From: an uncultured Kiritimatiellota bacterium
Lineage (GTDB): Bacteria > Verrucomicrobiota > Kiritimatiellia > RFP12 > DVOR01
Direction: 5' to 3'
Assembly (NCBI GenBank): GCA_944389585.1
Contig: CALXMW010000003.1
Span: 38,466-102,465 of the forward strand
DNA: 64,000 nucleotides
Made by a program: the position numbers and the translations under genes. Positions within the stretch are counted from its first letter, which is position 1; each line of letters begins with the position of its first letter. This document shows, one piece after another, positions 1-9,068 of this stretch. The notes below the pieces were generated by a model that saw nothing but the letters and a program-made list of their open reading frames with translations, was not told where the DNA came from and ran no database searches.

Positions 1-87
1 CTGCCCGGCGCAGAAGCGCCGGATCTCGAAACGCTGGTTCTCGACGGTCTGCTTGTCGGTGGAGACGCGGATGTAGCCGTAGGTCAT
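1..87 (-). CDS. Serine recombinase (resolvase/invertase family), N-terminal 29 aa only; gene continues beyond window start
   Basis: Minus-strand ATG at 85-87 translates to MTYGYIRVSTDKQTVENQRFEIRRFCAGQ. The GYIRVSTxxQ motif carrying the catalytic Ser is the hallmark of serine recombinase N-termini. Not in the ORF track because it has no stop inside the window. Confidence 0.5.
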   Translation of the reverse strand, partial: MTYGYIRVSTDKQTVENQRFEIRRFCAGQ

Positions 88-111
88 TTTGGGGGCTCCG
101 TGTTTTTTGCT

Positions 112-139
112 TGCGCGGGCGGGGGGGAGTGTGGCATAA
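112..139 (+). promoter_or_regulatory. Possible sigma70-type promoter for tRNA-Ser (-35 TTGCGC 112-117, 16-nt spacer, extended -10 TGgCATAAT ending 139)
   Basis: Motif reading only. The -10 lies about 17 nt upstream of the mature tRNA 5' end. Confidence 0.25.
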
Positions 140-155
140 TAGCAGACGTTTTTCC

Positions 156-246
<91 letters not shown>

Positions 247-252
247 GTCTTT

Positions 253-278
253 CCCACGCCGCGGCGTGGGCTTTTTTG
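253..278 (+). terminator. Rho-independent terminator after tRNA-Ser
   Basis: Hairpin CCCACGCCGCGGCGTGGG followed by TTTTTT. Confidence 0.6.
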
Positions 279-293
279 TGTCGGGAGGGCGCG

Positions 294-1409
294 ATGGAAG
301 GCAAGAAGGCGGAGGTTTGGTTCTCGGATCTGCACACGGTGCCGATGGGCGACGGGCTGCAGGCGAAGCTGCGCAGGCTGATGTTGGCGGCGGGGTTCGC
401 GCGGCTGGATCTGGCGGGGAAGTTCGTGGCCGTGAAGGTGCATTTCGGCGAGCCGGGGAACCTGGCCTTCCTGCGGGCGAATTGGGCGCGGACGGTGTGC
501 GACCTGGTGAGGGAGCAGGGGGGGCGGCCTTTCGTGACGGATTGCAACACGCTTTACGTGGGCGGGCGCAAGAACGCGCTCGACCATTTGGACACGGCTT
601 ACGTGAACGGCTACAACCCGTTGTGCCTGGGGTGCCACACGATCATCGCCGACGGCCTCAAGGGCACGGACGACGTGGAGGTGCCGGTGCCGGGCGGGCG
701 GTACGTCAAGGCCGCGAAGATCGGGCGCGCGGTGATGGACGCGGACGCGGTGGTCTCGCTGTCCCATTTCAAGGGCCACGAGTGCACGGGCTTCGGCGGG
801 GCCATCAAGAACGTCGGCATGGGCTGCGGCAGCCGCGCCGGCAAGATGGAGATGCACGCGGCGGGCAAGCCGACGGTGGACCAGGGCCTTTGCATCGGCT
901 GCGGGCGGTGCGCCAAGATCTGCGCGCATGACGCGCCACGCCTCGCCGGCGGCAAGGCGACGATCGACCATGCCCGGTGCGTGGGGTGCGGGCGGTGCAT
1001 CGGGGTGTGCCCCAAGGACGCGGTGACGCCGGCCTTCGACGCGGCCAACGACGTGCTCAACCGCAAGATGGCCGAGTATGCGCTGGCGGTGCTGCACGGG
1101 CGGCCGCACTTCCACGTCTCCCTGGCCATCGACGTCTCGCCCTTCTGCGACTGCCACGGGGAGAACGACGTGCCCATCGTGAACGACGTGGGGATGTTCG
1201 CCTCCTTCGACCCGGTGGCGCTCGACCGCGCGTGCGCCGACGCGGTGAACGCCGCCGAGCCGCTCCCGGACACGCTTCTTTCGCGGGCCAAGGAGCGGCA
1301 CGTCGACCACTTCGGCACCGTCTCGCCGGCCACCGATTGGCGCACCTGCCTGGAGCACGCCGAGGCCATCGGGCTGGGCACGCAGGCCTACGACCTGCGC
1401 CGCGTGTGA
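294..1409 (+). CDS. DUF362 domain protein with embedded 4Fe-4S dicluster ferredoxin domain
   Basis: ORF 111..1409 trimmed to ATG 294 (MEGKKAEVWFSDLH...) because the upstream part overlaps the tRNA. Two CxxCxxCxxxCP motifs (CIGCGRCAKICAHD, CVGCGRCIGVCPKD). The surrounding sequence resembles the DUF362 family (recalled, not searched). Confidence 0.75.
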   Translation: MEGKKAEVWFSDLHTVPMGDGLQAKLRRLMLAAGFARLDLAGKFVAVKVHFGEPGNLAFLRANWARTVCDLVREQGGRPFVTDCNTLYVGGRKNALDHLDTAYVNGYNPLCLGCHTIIADGLKGTDDVEVPVPGGRYVKAAKIGRAVMDADAVVSLSHFKGHECTGFGGAIKNVGMGCGSRAGKMEMHAAGKPTVDQGLCIGCGRCAKICAHDAPRLAGGKATIDHARCVGCGRCIGVCPKDAVTPAFDAANDVLNRKMAEYALAVLHGRPHFHVSLAIDVSPFCDCHGENDVPIVNDVGMFASFDPVALDRACADAVNAAEPLPDTLLSRAKERHVDHFGTVSPATDWRTCLEHAEAIGLGTQAYDLRRV

Positions 1410-1415
1410 GGAATG

Positions 1416-1424
1416 TGGTATAGT
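1416..1424 (+). promoter_or_regulatory. Extended -10 element TGgTATAGT upstream of rfbB
   Basis: TGnTATAGT lies about 24 nt upstream of ATG 1448. AAGGAG RBS at 1436-1441. Confidence 0.3.
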
Positions 1425-1447
1425 CTGGGGACAGGAAGGAGTTGGAC

Positions 1448-2497
1448 ATGAATCGTGTCATCGTCACCGGCGGCGCCGGCTTCATCGGGTCCGCGGTCTG
1501 CCGGATGCTCGCCAAGCAGGGCGTCGAGATCCTCAACATCGACAAGCTCACCTACGCGGGCAACCTCTCCAGCCTCGAGCCCGTGGCGCACCTGCCCAAC
1601 TACCACTTCCTGAAGGCCGACGTCTGCGACGCGCCGGCCATGGCCCGCGCCTTCGCCGAGTTCCGCCCGCAGGGGGTGATGCACCTGGCCGCCGAAAGCC
1701 ACGTCGACCGCTCCATCGACGGCCCGGGCCTCTTCCTGCAGACCAACGTCGTGGGCACCTACACGATGCTCGAGGCCGCCCATGCCTACTGGAAGGCCCT
1801 CCCCGAGGCCGACCGCGCCGCCTTCCGCTTCCTCCACATCTCCACCGACGAGGTCTATGGCTCGCTCGGCCCCACCGGCTACTTCACCGAGGAGACCCCC
1901 TACGCCCCCCGCTCGCCCTACTCCGCCTCCAAGGCCAGCGCCGACCACCTGGTGAACGCCTGGTTCCACACCTACGCCCTGCCCACCCTCAAGACCAACT
2001 GCTCCAACAACTACGGCCCCTACCACTTCCCCGAGAAACTCATCCCCCTGGTCACCCTCAACGCCCTCGCCGGCCGCCCGCTGCCCATCTACGGCAAAGG
2101 CGACAACATCCGCGACTGGCTCTACGTGGAAGACCACGCCCGCGCCCTCTGGCTGGCCCTCACCCGCGGCAAGCCCGGCGAGACCTACAACGTCGGCGGG
2201 CACAACGAGCGCACCAACCTCCAGGTCGTCCAAGCCATCTGCGCCATCCTCGACGAACTCCGCCCCCGCCCCGACGGCAAGCCCTACGCCGGGCAGATCG
2301 CCTTCGTCAAAGACCGCCCCGGCCACGACGCGCGCTACGCCATCGACCCCTCCAAGACCATGCGCGAGCTCGGCTGGAAGCCCCAGGAGACCTTCGACAC
2401 CGGGCTCCGCCGCACCATCCAATGGTACCTCGGCAACGAAGCCTGGTGGGCCCCCCTGCGCCGCGCCGCCGAGGAGCGCCTCGGCACCGCCCGCTGA
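1448..2497 (+). CDS. rfbB: dTDP-glucose 4,6-dehydratase
   Basis: N-terminal Rossmann TGGAGFIGS, catalytic YxxxK (YSASKASAD), strong end-to-end resemblance to RmlB. ATG 1448 is preceded by AAGGAG at 6-nt spacing; the track start at 1442 is a TTG. Confidence 0.9.
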   Translation: MNRVIVTGGAGFIGSAVCRMLAKQGVEILNIDKLTYAGNLSSLEPVAHLPNYHFLKADVCDAPAMARAFAEFRPQGVMHLAAESHVDRSIDGPGLFLQTNVVGTYTMLEAAHAYWKALPEADRAAFRFLHISTDEVYGSLGPTGYFTEETPYAPRSPYSASKASADHLVNAWFHTYALPTLKTNCSNNYGPYHFPEKLIPLVTLNALAGRPLPIYGKGDNIRDWLYVEDHARALWLALTRGKPGETYNVGGHNERTNLQVVQAICAILDELRPRPDGKPYAGQIAFVKDRPGHDARYAIDPSKTMRELGWKPQETFDTGLRRTIQWYLGNEAWWAPLRRAAEERLGTAR

Positions 2498-2508
2498 GCG
2501 GCCCCTTG

Positions 2509-2537
2509 CAAAAGCGCCGCCGTTGTGCTATCTTAAT
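2509..2537 (+). promoter_or_regulatory. Candidate promoter for rpmI-rplT (-35 TTGCAA, 17-nt spacer, -10 TATCTT)
   Basis: Motif reading. The leader downstream could carry an L20 autoregulatory structure; not verified. Confidence 0.3.
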
Positions 2538-2608
2538 GCGACTTTTCCGCGGAGGACGGCTTTCGGCCGATGGCCGCCGAAGCGGGCAACCCACAAAGGA
2601 ACACGATC

Positions 2609-2803
2609 ATGCCTAAGATGAAAACCAAAAAGGCAGCGACCAAGAAGTTCAAACTGTCGGCCACGGGCAAGGCTATGCGCACCCAGGCCGGGAAACGCCA
2701 CCTCAACGGCTACAAGACCCGCGCCCGCAAGCGCAACCTCCGTGGTTCCGCCGCCGTCTACGAAGGCAACCAGAAAATGGTCGCCCGCATGCTTCAGGCC
2801 TAA
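2609..2803 (+). CDS. rpmI: 50S ribosomal protein L35
   Basis: MPKMKTKKAATKKFKLSATGKAMRTQAGKRHLNGYKTRARKRNLRG is a typical L35 sequence. The true start is the internal ATG at 2609, not the track start at 2570. Confidence 0.9.
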   Translation: MPKMKTKKAATKKFKLSATGKAMRTQAGKRHLNGYKTRARKRNLRGSAAVYEGNQKMVARMLQA

Positions 2804-2821
2804 CCCAGGAGGACACACCCC

Positions 2822-3184
2822 ATGAGAGCCACCAACGCACCCGCCTCCCGCGAACGCCGCCGCCGCCGCCTCAAACTCGCCCGCGGCTTCTACGGCGCCC
2901 GCTCCAAGCAATTCCGCCTCGCCACCGAGGCCGTCGACCGCGCCCAGCGCCTCGCCACCTGGCACCGCAAGCTCCGCAAACGCGACTTCCGCCAGCTCTG
3001 GATCGCGCGCATCAACGCCGCCGTGCGCAACCTCGCCGACGCCAAGGTGCCCAACTACTCGCGCTTCATCGAAGGCCTCACCAAGGCCGGCGTCACCGTC
3101 AACCGCAAGATGCTCTCCGAGATCGCGATCGCCGACGCCGAAGGCTTCAAGGCCCTCGTCGCCAAAGCCGCCGCCGCCCTCTGA
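2822..3184 (+). CDS. rplT: 50S ribosomal protein L20
   Basis: RRRRLKLARGFYGARSKQFRLATEAVDRA...WIARINAAVR is a classic L20 sequence. Confidence 0.92.
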   Translation: MRATNAPASRERRRRRLKLARGFYGARSKQFRLATEAVDRAQRLATWHRKLRKRDFRQLWIARINAAVRNLADAKVPNYSRFIEGLTKAGVTVNRKMLSEIAIADAEGFKALVAKAAAAL

Positions 3185-3208
3185 GGCGCCCCGCGGCCCC
3201 GCGAAAAC

Positions 3209-3238
3209 GCCGCCGGCCCCGCCGGCGGCGCTTTTTTG
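3209..3238 (+). terminator. Rho-independent terminator after rplT
   Basis: CGCCGCCGGC-CCC-GCCGGCGGCG hairpin followed by TTTTTT. Confidence 0.6.
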
Positions 3239-3343
3239 TCCCCGCCCCGGAAGCGGGGCGGGCGGGGGCTACTTGCGCGGCGGCGCGGGTTTATGCTAAA
3301 CTAAAAAGACTTTTCTTTTTCAGGCACATTAGGAGTCCGCGAC

Positions 3344-5449
3344 ATGGCACGCAAAATCCCCCTGGACCACGTCCGCAACATCGGCATCATGGCCCACATC
3401 GACGCCGGCAAGACGACGACGTCCGAGCGCATCCTCTACTATTCCGGCAAGAACCACAAGATCGGCGAGGTGCACGACGGCGGCGCCACGATGGACTGGA
3501 TGGTGCAGGAGCAGGAGCGCGGCATCACCATCACCTCCGCGGCCACGGCGGTCATGTGGGGCGACTACATGATTTCCTTGATCGATACCCCCGGCCACGT
3601 GGACTTCACGGCCGAGGTGGAGCGCTCGCTGCGCGTGCTCGACGGCGCGGTGGCCGTCTTCTGCGCGGTGGGCGGCGTCCAGCCCCAGTCCGAGCAGGTC
3701 TGGCGCCAGAGCGAGAAGTACAAGGTGCCCAAGCTCATCTTCGTGAACAAGATGGACCGCATCGGCGCGAACTTCTTCTCCGTCATGGACCAGGTGAAGA
3801 ACCAGCTCTCCGCCCGCCCCGTGCCGATGGTCTGCCCCTACGGCGCCGGCGACACCTTCGAGGGCGTCGTCGACCTCCTCGAGGAGCGCCTGGTGACCTA
3901 CGACAAGGCCACCCAGGGCATGAAGCAGATCTACTCCGAGATCCCCGACGAGCTCAAGGAAAAGTGCGAGGAGATGCGCCACGAGATGATCGAGGCCGCC
4001 GCCGAGCAGGACGAGGAGCTCATGAACAAGTACTTCGAGGAGGGCACCCTCTCGAAGGAAGAGATCATCCGCGGCATCCGCAAGGGCTGCATCAGCCGCG
4101 CCATCATGCCCGCCTTCTGCGGCACCGCCTTCAAGAACAAGGGCATCCAGATCCTCCTCGACGCCGTGGTGAGCTACCTCCCCAGCCCGCTGGACATCCC
4201 CCCCGTGACCGACGAGGCCGACCCCTCCATCGTCCGCAAGGCCGACGACAAGGAGCCCCTCTCCGCCCTCGCCTTCAAGATCATGGCCGACAAGAACATG
4301 GGCAAGATCATCTTCACCCGTGTCTACTCCGGCACCCTCAAGGCCGGCGAGGAGATCCTCGACAGCTCCATCAACAAGAAGGCCCGCATCTCGCGCCTCT
4401 TTCGCATGCACGCCAACCACCAGGAGAAGCTCGAGGAAGCCTACGCCGGCGACATCGTCGCGGTCATCGGCCTGCCCAACACCCGCACCGGCGACACCCT
4501 CTGCGACCCCGAGAACCCCATCCACCTGGAATCCATCGACTTCCCCGCGCCGGTCATCTCCATCGCCGTGAAGCCCGTCTCCCGCGGCGACAACGAGAAG
4601 CTCGGCAACGCCCTGCACACCCTCGCCCAGGAAGACCCCACCTTCACCGTGGCCTTCGACCAAGAGACCAGCGAGACCATCATCTCGGGCATGGGCGAGC
4701 TCCACCTCGAGATCATCGTCGACCGCCTCAAGCGCGAGTTCAACGTCGACTGCGAGGTCGGCCGCCCCGAGGTCGCCTACCGCGAATCCATCGCCGTCGA
4801 GGGCGAGGGCGAATACAAGCACAAAAAGCAGTCCGGCGGCCGCGGCCAATACGGCCACGTCTGCATGAAGTTCGCCCCCCAAGAGCCCGGCAAGGACTTC
4901 GAGTTCATCAACGACATCAAGGGCGGCGTCATCCCCGGCGAGTACATCCCCGCCGTCGAAAAGGGCATCCGCGCCGCGATGGAATCCGGCCCCCTCGCCG
5001 GCTACCCCGTCCTCCCGCTCAAGGCCACGCTCTTCTACGGCTCCTACCACGACGTCGACTCCTCCGAGTTCGCCTTCCAGACCGCCGCGCGCCAGTGCTT
5101 CAAGGAAGTCTTCCTCAAGAGCCAGCCCCAGCTCCTCGAGCCCATCATGAAGGTCGAGGTCGTCGTCCCCGAAGACTACATGGGCGCGGCCACCGGCTCC
5201 CTCTCCCAGCGCCGCGGCCGCGTCGAGGGCATGGAAGAGCGCGGCGGCGCCCGCCTCGTCCACGCCTTCGTCCCGCTCGGCGAGATGTTCGGCTACTCCA
5301 ACACCATCCGCACCCTCACCCAAGGCCGCGGCTCCTTCACCATGGTGTTCGACCACTACGAACCCGTCCCCAAATCCCTCCAGGACGAGATCGTCGAGAA
5401 GCGCCGCAAAGCCGGCAAGGTCCACGGCTACTCCGAAGCCGACGACTAA
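3344..5449 (+). CDS. fusA: Elongation factor G
   Basis: G1 [21 protein letters not shown], and a full-length EF-G-like sequence of 701 aa. Confidence 0.95.
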   Translation: MARKIPLDHVRNIGIMAHIDAGKTTTSERILYYSGKNHKIGEVHDGGATMDWMVQEQERGITITSAATAVMWGDYMISLIDTPGHVDFTAEVERSLRVLDGAVAVFCAVGGVQPQSEQVWRQSEKYKVPKLIFVNKMDRIGANFFSVMDQVKNQLSARPVPMVCPYGAGDTFEGVVDLLEERLVTYDKATQGMKQIYSEIPDELKEKCEEMRHEMIEAAAEQDEELMNKYFEEGTLSKEEIIRGIRKGCISRAIMPAFCGTAFKNKGIQILLDAVVSYLPSPLDIPPVTDEADPSIVRKADDKEPLSALAFKIMADKNMGKIIFTRVYSGTLKAGEEILDSSINKKARISRLFRMHANHQEKLEEAYAGDIVAVIGLPNTRTGDTLCDPENPIHLESIDFPAPVISIAVKPVSRGDNEKLGNALHTLAQEDPTFTVAFDQETSETIISGMGELHLEIIVDRLKREFNVDCEVGRPEVAYRESIAVEGEGEYKHKKQSGGRGQYGHVCMKFAPQEPGKDFEFINDIKGGVIPGEYIPAVEKGIRAAMESGPLAGYPVLPLKATLFYGSYHDVDSSEFAFQTAARQCFKEVFLKSQPQLLEPIMKVEVVVPEDYMGAATGSLSQRRGRVEGMEERGGARLVHAFVPLGEMFGYSNTIRTLTQGRGSFTMVFDHYEPVPKSLQDEIVEKRRKAGKVHGYSEADD

Positions 5450-5465
5450 GCCGCCCACACGGCAC

Positions 5466-5502
5466 AAAAAAAGCCCCCGCCGGTTGGCGGGGGCTTTTTT
5501 TG
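5466..5502. terminator. Bidirectional-looking terminator after fusA
   Basis: AAAAAAAGCCCCCGCC-GGTT-GGCGGGGGCTTTTTTT. Confidence 0.6.
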
Positions 5503-5860
5503 TGGGAAGTTTGGAGGCTTGGTAGAAAGCTTGGAAGTTTGGAGGGTACCGTTTCTGGGACTGCTGGGACGACTGGGACCACTAGGACGGGACCCCGCTC
5601 GTCGCCCCGACAGGGGCGTTCCGTGGCCGGGAAAAGCTTGCGGCTTCGCCGCCGCGCGTTCTGTTCTCCATTTTCCCATCCCCCTTTGTGTCCTCTGTGT
5701 CCTTGCGTCCTTAGCCGTGGAAGGTGGCCGTGGAAGGGTCGCCGGTTCGGCTCCCGCGCCTTCAGCTCACGGTGTCCGTTGTGATTTCCGTTTTCCTTTT
5801 CTCTGTGCCCTCTGTGATCTCTCCCGCGTCGTGCGGGGTGGGGTGGGGATTATGGTATAC
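5503..5860. repeat. Degenerate copy of the mosaic octamer-based intergenic element family
   Basis: Contains a GGAAGTTTGGAGGCTTGG octamer arm (left arm only). Also carries the CTGGGACGACTGGGACCACT, TGCGGCTTCGCCGCCGCGCG, TTTGTGTCCTCTGTGTCC and GTGATTTCC...CTCTGTGCCCTCTGTGATCTC modules shared with 18298-18590, 32799-33780, 47866-48600 and 57300-57440. Confidence 0.6.
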
Positions 5861-5870
5861 TAATGGGTCA

Positions 5871-7106
5871 ATGAAAGGACAGACGATGGCAGAGGATTTG
5901 GAAGCGGCGTTCGATTCGGTGGAGGATTGCCTGGCGGACATCCGCGCGGGGAAGTTCGTGGTCATCGTGGACGACGCGCAGCGCGAGAACGAGGGCGACC
6001 TTATCATGGCCGCGGAGAAAGTGACGCCCGAGGCCGTCAACTTCTGCATTCGCGAGGCGCGCGGCCTGCTCTGCGCCCCGTGCGACGGGGCGATCCTTGA
6101 CCGCCTGGGCATCGCGTTGGCCCCGAGCGTGAATCGGGGGGATCGCTTTGCCACGGCCTTCACGTTGAGCGTGGATGGCGCGCCGCACACGGGGGTGACG
6201 ACGGGGATCTCGGCGGCGGACCGCGCGAAGGCGGTGCGGCTGTTGGCCGACGACGCGGCGACGGGGGCGGATTTCGTCTCGCCGGGGCACACCTTCCCGC
6301 TGCGGCCCCAGCCCGGCGGCGTTTTGCGGCGCGCGGGGCACACGGAGGCGACGGTGGATTTGGCGCGCCTGGCGGGGTTGAAGCCCGCGGGCATCTGCTG
6401 CGAGATCGTGGGGGAGGATGGGGCGATGGCGCGTCTGCCGGATCTAATCCCCTTCGCGCGGCGGCACGGGCTGCGGCTGTGCTCGGTGGAGCGGCTCATC
6501 GCGTACCGCCGGGCGCATGAGACGCTGGTGGAGCGCGTCGAGAGCGTGGATCTGCCGACGGCCTACGGCCATTTCCGCCTGACGATGTTCCGGGGGAAGC
6601 TCGACGGGCTGGAGCATTTGGCGCTGACGATGGGTGACCTGTCGGGGGAGGAGCCGCCCTTGGTGCGCGTCCACAGCGAATGCCTGACGGGCGATGTCTT
6701 CGGGAGCGCGCGGTGCGACTGCGGCTGGCAGCTGCACCAGGCCATGGAGGCCATCGCCAAGGAGGGGCGCGGGTGCCTGCTTTACATGCGCCAGGAGGGC
6801 CGCGGCATCGGCCTGGCCAACAAGCTGCACGCCTATCGCCTGCAGGAAGAGGGGTGCGACACGGTGGAGGCCAACGTGCGCCTGGGCTTCGCGCCGGATC
6901 TGCGCGACTACGGCATCGGCGCGCAGATCCTCTCGGCGCTCGGCGTCCGCCGCCTGCGCCTGATGACGAACAACCCGCAGAAGGTGGTGGGCCTGGCCGG
7001 CCACGGGCTCGAGATCGCCCAGCGCGTGCCCATCGTGGCCCACGCGGGCCCCTTCAACGCGCATTACCTGGAGACCAAGCGCGAGAAGATGGGCCACCTG
7101 CTGTGA
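5871..7106 (+). CDS. ribBA: Bifunctional 3,4-dihydroxy-2-butanone-4-phosphate synthase / GTP cyclohydrolase II
   Basis: RibB part VVIVDDAQRENEGDLIMAAEK. RibA part HSECLTGDVFGSARCDCGWQL...EGRGIGLANKL. Start trimmed to ATG 5871 (MKGQTMAEDLE...) because the region upstream is the repeat element. Confidence 0.88.
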   Translation: MKGQTMAEDLEAAFDSVEDCLADIRAGKFVVIVDDAQRENEGDLIMAAEKVTPEAVNFCIREARGLLCAPCDGAILDRLGIALAPSVNRGDRFATAFTLSVDGAPHTGVTTGISAADRAKAVRLLADDAATGADFVSPGHTFPLRPQPGGVLRRAGHTEATVDLARLAGLKPAGICCEIVGEDGAMARLPDLIPFARRHGLRLCSVERLIAYRRAHETLVERVESVDLPTAYGHFRLTMFRGKLDGLEHLALTMGDLSGEEPPLVRVHSECLTGDVFGSARCDCGWQLHQAMEAIAKEGRGCLLYMRQEGRGIGLANKLHAYRLQEEGCDTVEANVRLGFAPDLRDYGIGAQILSALGVRRLRLMTNNPQKVVGLAGHGLEIAQRVPIVAHAGPFNAHYLETKREKMGHLL

Positions 7107-7168
7107 GGGCGCGCCGCGCGGAAAACCGGCGGGGGATTTGGTAAAATGACAGACGAAAGGATCGTAGC

Positions 7169-7630
7169 ATGACCGAGATCACCGGAGATTTGACGGGCAA
7201 GGGCCTGCGGCTGGCCTTCGTGGTGAGCCGCTTCAACGCCATCTTCACCGAGCAGCTGCTGCGGGGCGCGCGCGACGCGGCCCTCCGCCACGGCGTGGCC
7301 GACGAGGCCCTGAGCGTGGTGCGCGTGCCCGGCGCCAATGAGATCCCCCTGGCGGCGGCCAAGCTGGCCCGCGCCGGCGCGGCGGACGCGGTGGTGGCCC
7401 TGGGCGCGGTCATCGACGGCGCCACCGACCACGCCATGCTCATCAACACCTCCGTGGCCCGCGCCCTCTGCCAGATCGGTCTGGAGACGGGCGTGCCTGT
7501 GCTCAACGGCATCGTCTGCGCGCACAACCTGGACCAGGCCATCGAGCGCTCCGGCTCCAAGGCCGGCAACAAAGGCTTCGACACGGTCTGCGCCGCCATC
7601 GAGGCCGTCAACGTCCTGCGCCGGCTGTAA
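7169..7630 (+). CDS. ribH: 6,7-dimethyl-8-ribityllumazine synthase
   Basis: RLAFVVSRFNAIFTEQLLRGA...VPGANEIPLAA is a lumazine synthase signature. Confidence 0.9.
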   Translation: MTEITGDLTGKGLRLAFVVSRFNAIFTEQLLRGARDAALRHGVADEALSVVRVPGANEIPLAAAKLARAGAADAVVALGAVIDGATDHAMLINTSVARALCQIGLETGVPVLNGIVCAHNLDQAIERSGSKAGNKGFDTVCAAIEAVNVLRRL

Positions 7631-7640
7631 GGGGGCCACC

Positions 7641-8141
7641 ATGGACGCACCCGCCAGAACGCGCCGCAAAGGCCGCGAATGGGCCCTGCAGATGATCGTG
7701 CAGGCAGACCTCAACCCCTTTGCCGACGTCAACCTCATCCTCGCGCACTTCTGGGAGCAGCAGTGGAGCTGCCGCCAGGAGGCCAAGGGCAAGGAAGACA
7801 ACGACATGGACGCCATCGAGGCCCTCCTCCCCCCCGAGGAGCGCCTCGCCACCGCCGAGCTCAAGGCCTTCACCGAGGATCTCGTGCGCGGCACCCTCGG
7901 CCACCTGGGCGAGATCGACGCGGCCCTCTCGGCCCTCTGCGAAAACTGGGAGCTCGACCGCCTGGGCGTGATCGAGCGCTGCGTCCTGCGCCTGGCCTGC
8001 TTCGAGATGGACTGGTTCGGCACGCCCGCGCCGGTGGCCATCAACGAGGCCGTCGACCTGGCCAAGCGCTTCGCCAACGAGGAATCCGGCGCCTTCGTCA
8101 ACGGCGTGCTCGACCGGCACGCCCGCGGCCGGCGTGCCTGA
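7641..8141 (+). CDS. nusB: Transcription antitermination factor NusB
   Basis: REWALQMIVQADLN...LDRLGVIERCVLRLACFEM...INEAVDLAKRF. ATG 7641 lies in frame inside track ORF 7338..8141. Confidence 0.85.
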   Translation: MDAPARTRRKGREWALQMIVQADLNPFADVNLILAHFWEQQWSCRQEAKGKEDNDMDAIEALLPPEERLATAELKAFTEDLVRGTLGHLGEIDAALSALCENWELDRLGVIERCVLRLACFEMDWFGTPAPVAINEAVDLAKRFANEESGAFVNGVLDRHARGRRA

Positions 8142-8156
8142 GGGAAGGGGGCGGCG

Positions 8157-9068
8157 ATGGCACGCATGGCGGTCAACCTCGGCGGGGTGGCGATGAAAAA
8201 CCCTGTCACCACGGCAAGCGGCACCTTCGGCTACGGCCGGGAATACGACGCCTTCTTCGACGTCTCGCGCCTGGGCGCGGTGACCGTCAAGGGCGTGCGC
8301 GCCCGCCCCTGGCCCGGCAACCCCCTGCCGCGCCACGCGGAGGTGCCCGGCGGCCTGCTCAACGCCATCGGCCTGCAGGGCCCCGGCGTCGAGGCCTTCA
8401 TCGCCGACGACCTCCCCTTCCTCGCCGCGCGCGGCGTCCCGGCCATCGTCAACATCTGGGGCACCAGCGCCGAGGAATACGCCCAGGTGGCCGCCGCCCT
8501 CGAGGGCAAGCCCGGCGTGGCCATGCTCGAGCTCAACGTCTCCTGCCCCAACGTCAAGGAGGGCGGCGCCAGTTTCGGCACGCGGGTGGAGACCTTCGCC
8601 GAGGTCGTCCGCGCCGTCCGCGCCGCCACCACGCTCCCCATCATGCCCAAGCTCGCGCCCAACGTGCCCGACGTGCGCCCCTTCGTCCGCGCCGCGCAGG
8701 AGGCCGGGGCGGACGCCGTCAGCCTCATCAACACCCTCCCGGGCATGGCCGTGGATCTGGAGACGCGCCGGCCCGTCCTGGCCAACCGCACCGGCGGCCT
8801 CTCCGGCCCCGGCATCCACCCCATCGCCCTCAAGCACGTCTGGGAGGCCGCGCAGGTCGCCGAGGTGCCCCTCCTGGCCATGGGCGGGGTGATGGACGCC
8901 AAGGACGCGCTCGACTTCATCCTCGTGGGCGCCACCGCCGTGGCCGTGGGCACCGCCACCTTCCTCGACCCCCTCGCGCCCATCCGCGTCCTCGAGGGCA
9001 TGGAACGCTGGCTTGACGACCACGGCGTGGCCGATGTCAACGACTTCCGCGGCGCGCTCCGCCTTTGA
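8157..9068 (+). CDS. pyrD: Dihydroorotate dehydrogenase (class 1 catalytic subunit)
   Basis: NPVTTASGTFGYG, LELNVSCPNV, GGLSGP and GGV..AKDALDFILVGATAV are typical class-1 DHOD motifs. Confidence 0.85.
   Translation: MARMAVNLGGVAMKNPVTTASGTFGYGREYDAFFDVSRLGAVTVKGVRARPWPGNPLPRHAEVPGGLLNAIGLQGPGVEAFIADDLPFLAARGVPAIVNIWGTSAEEYAQVAAALEGKPGVAMLELNVSCPNVKEGGASFGTRVETFAEVVRAVRAATTLPIMPKLAPNVPDVRPFVRAAQEAGADAVSLINTLPGMAVDLETRRPVLANRTGGLSGPGIHPIALKHVWEAAQVAEVPLLAMGGVMDAKDALDFILVGATAVAVGTATFLDPLAPIRVLEGMERWLDDHGVADVNDFRGALRL

Noticed and set aside
3329-5784. 712-aa minus-strand and 742-aa plus-strand ORFs
   Set aside because: They overlap fusA, which is unambiguous. Their own translations are low-complexity (G/A/R/P-rich) with no motifs.
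5503-5870. FMN riboswitch upstream of ribBA
   Set aside because: Looked for the conserved RFN core (AGGATAGTGAAAGC / GGGCAGGGTGAAATTCCC-like segments). None present; the region is occupied by the repeat element instead.
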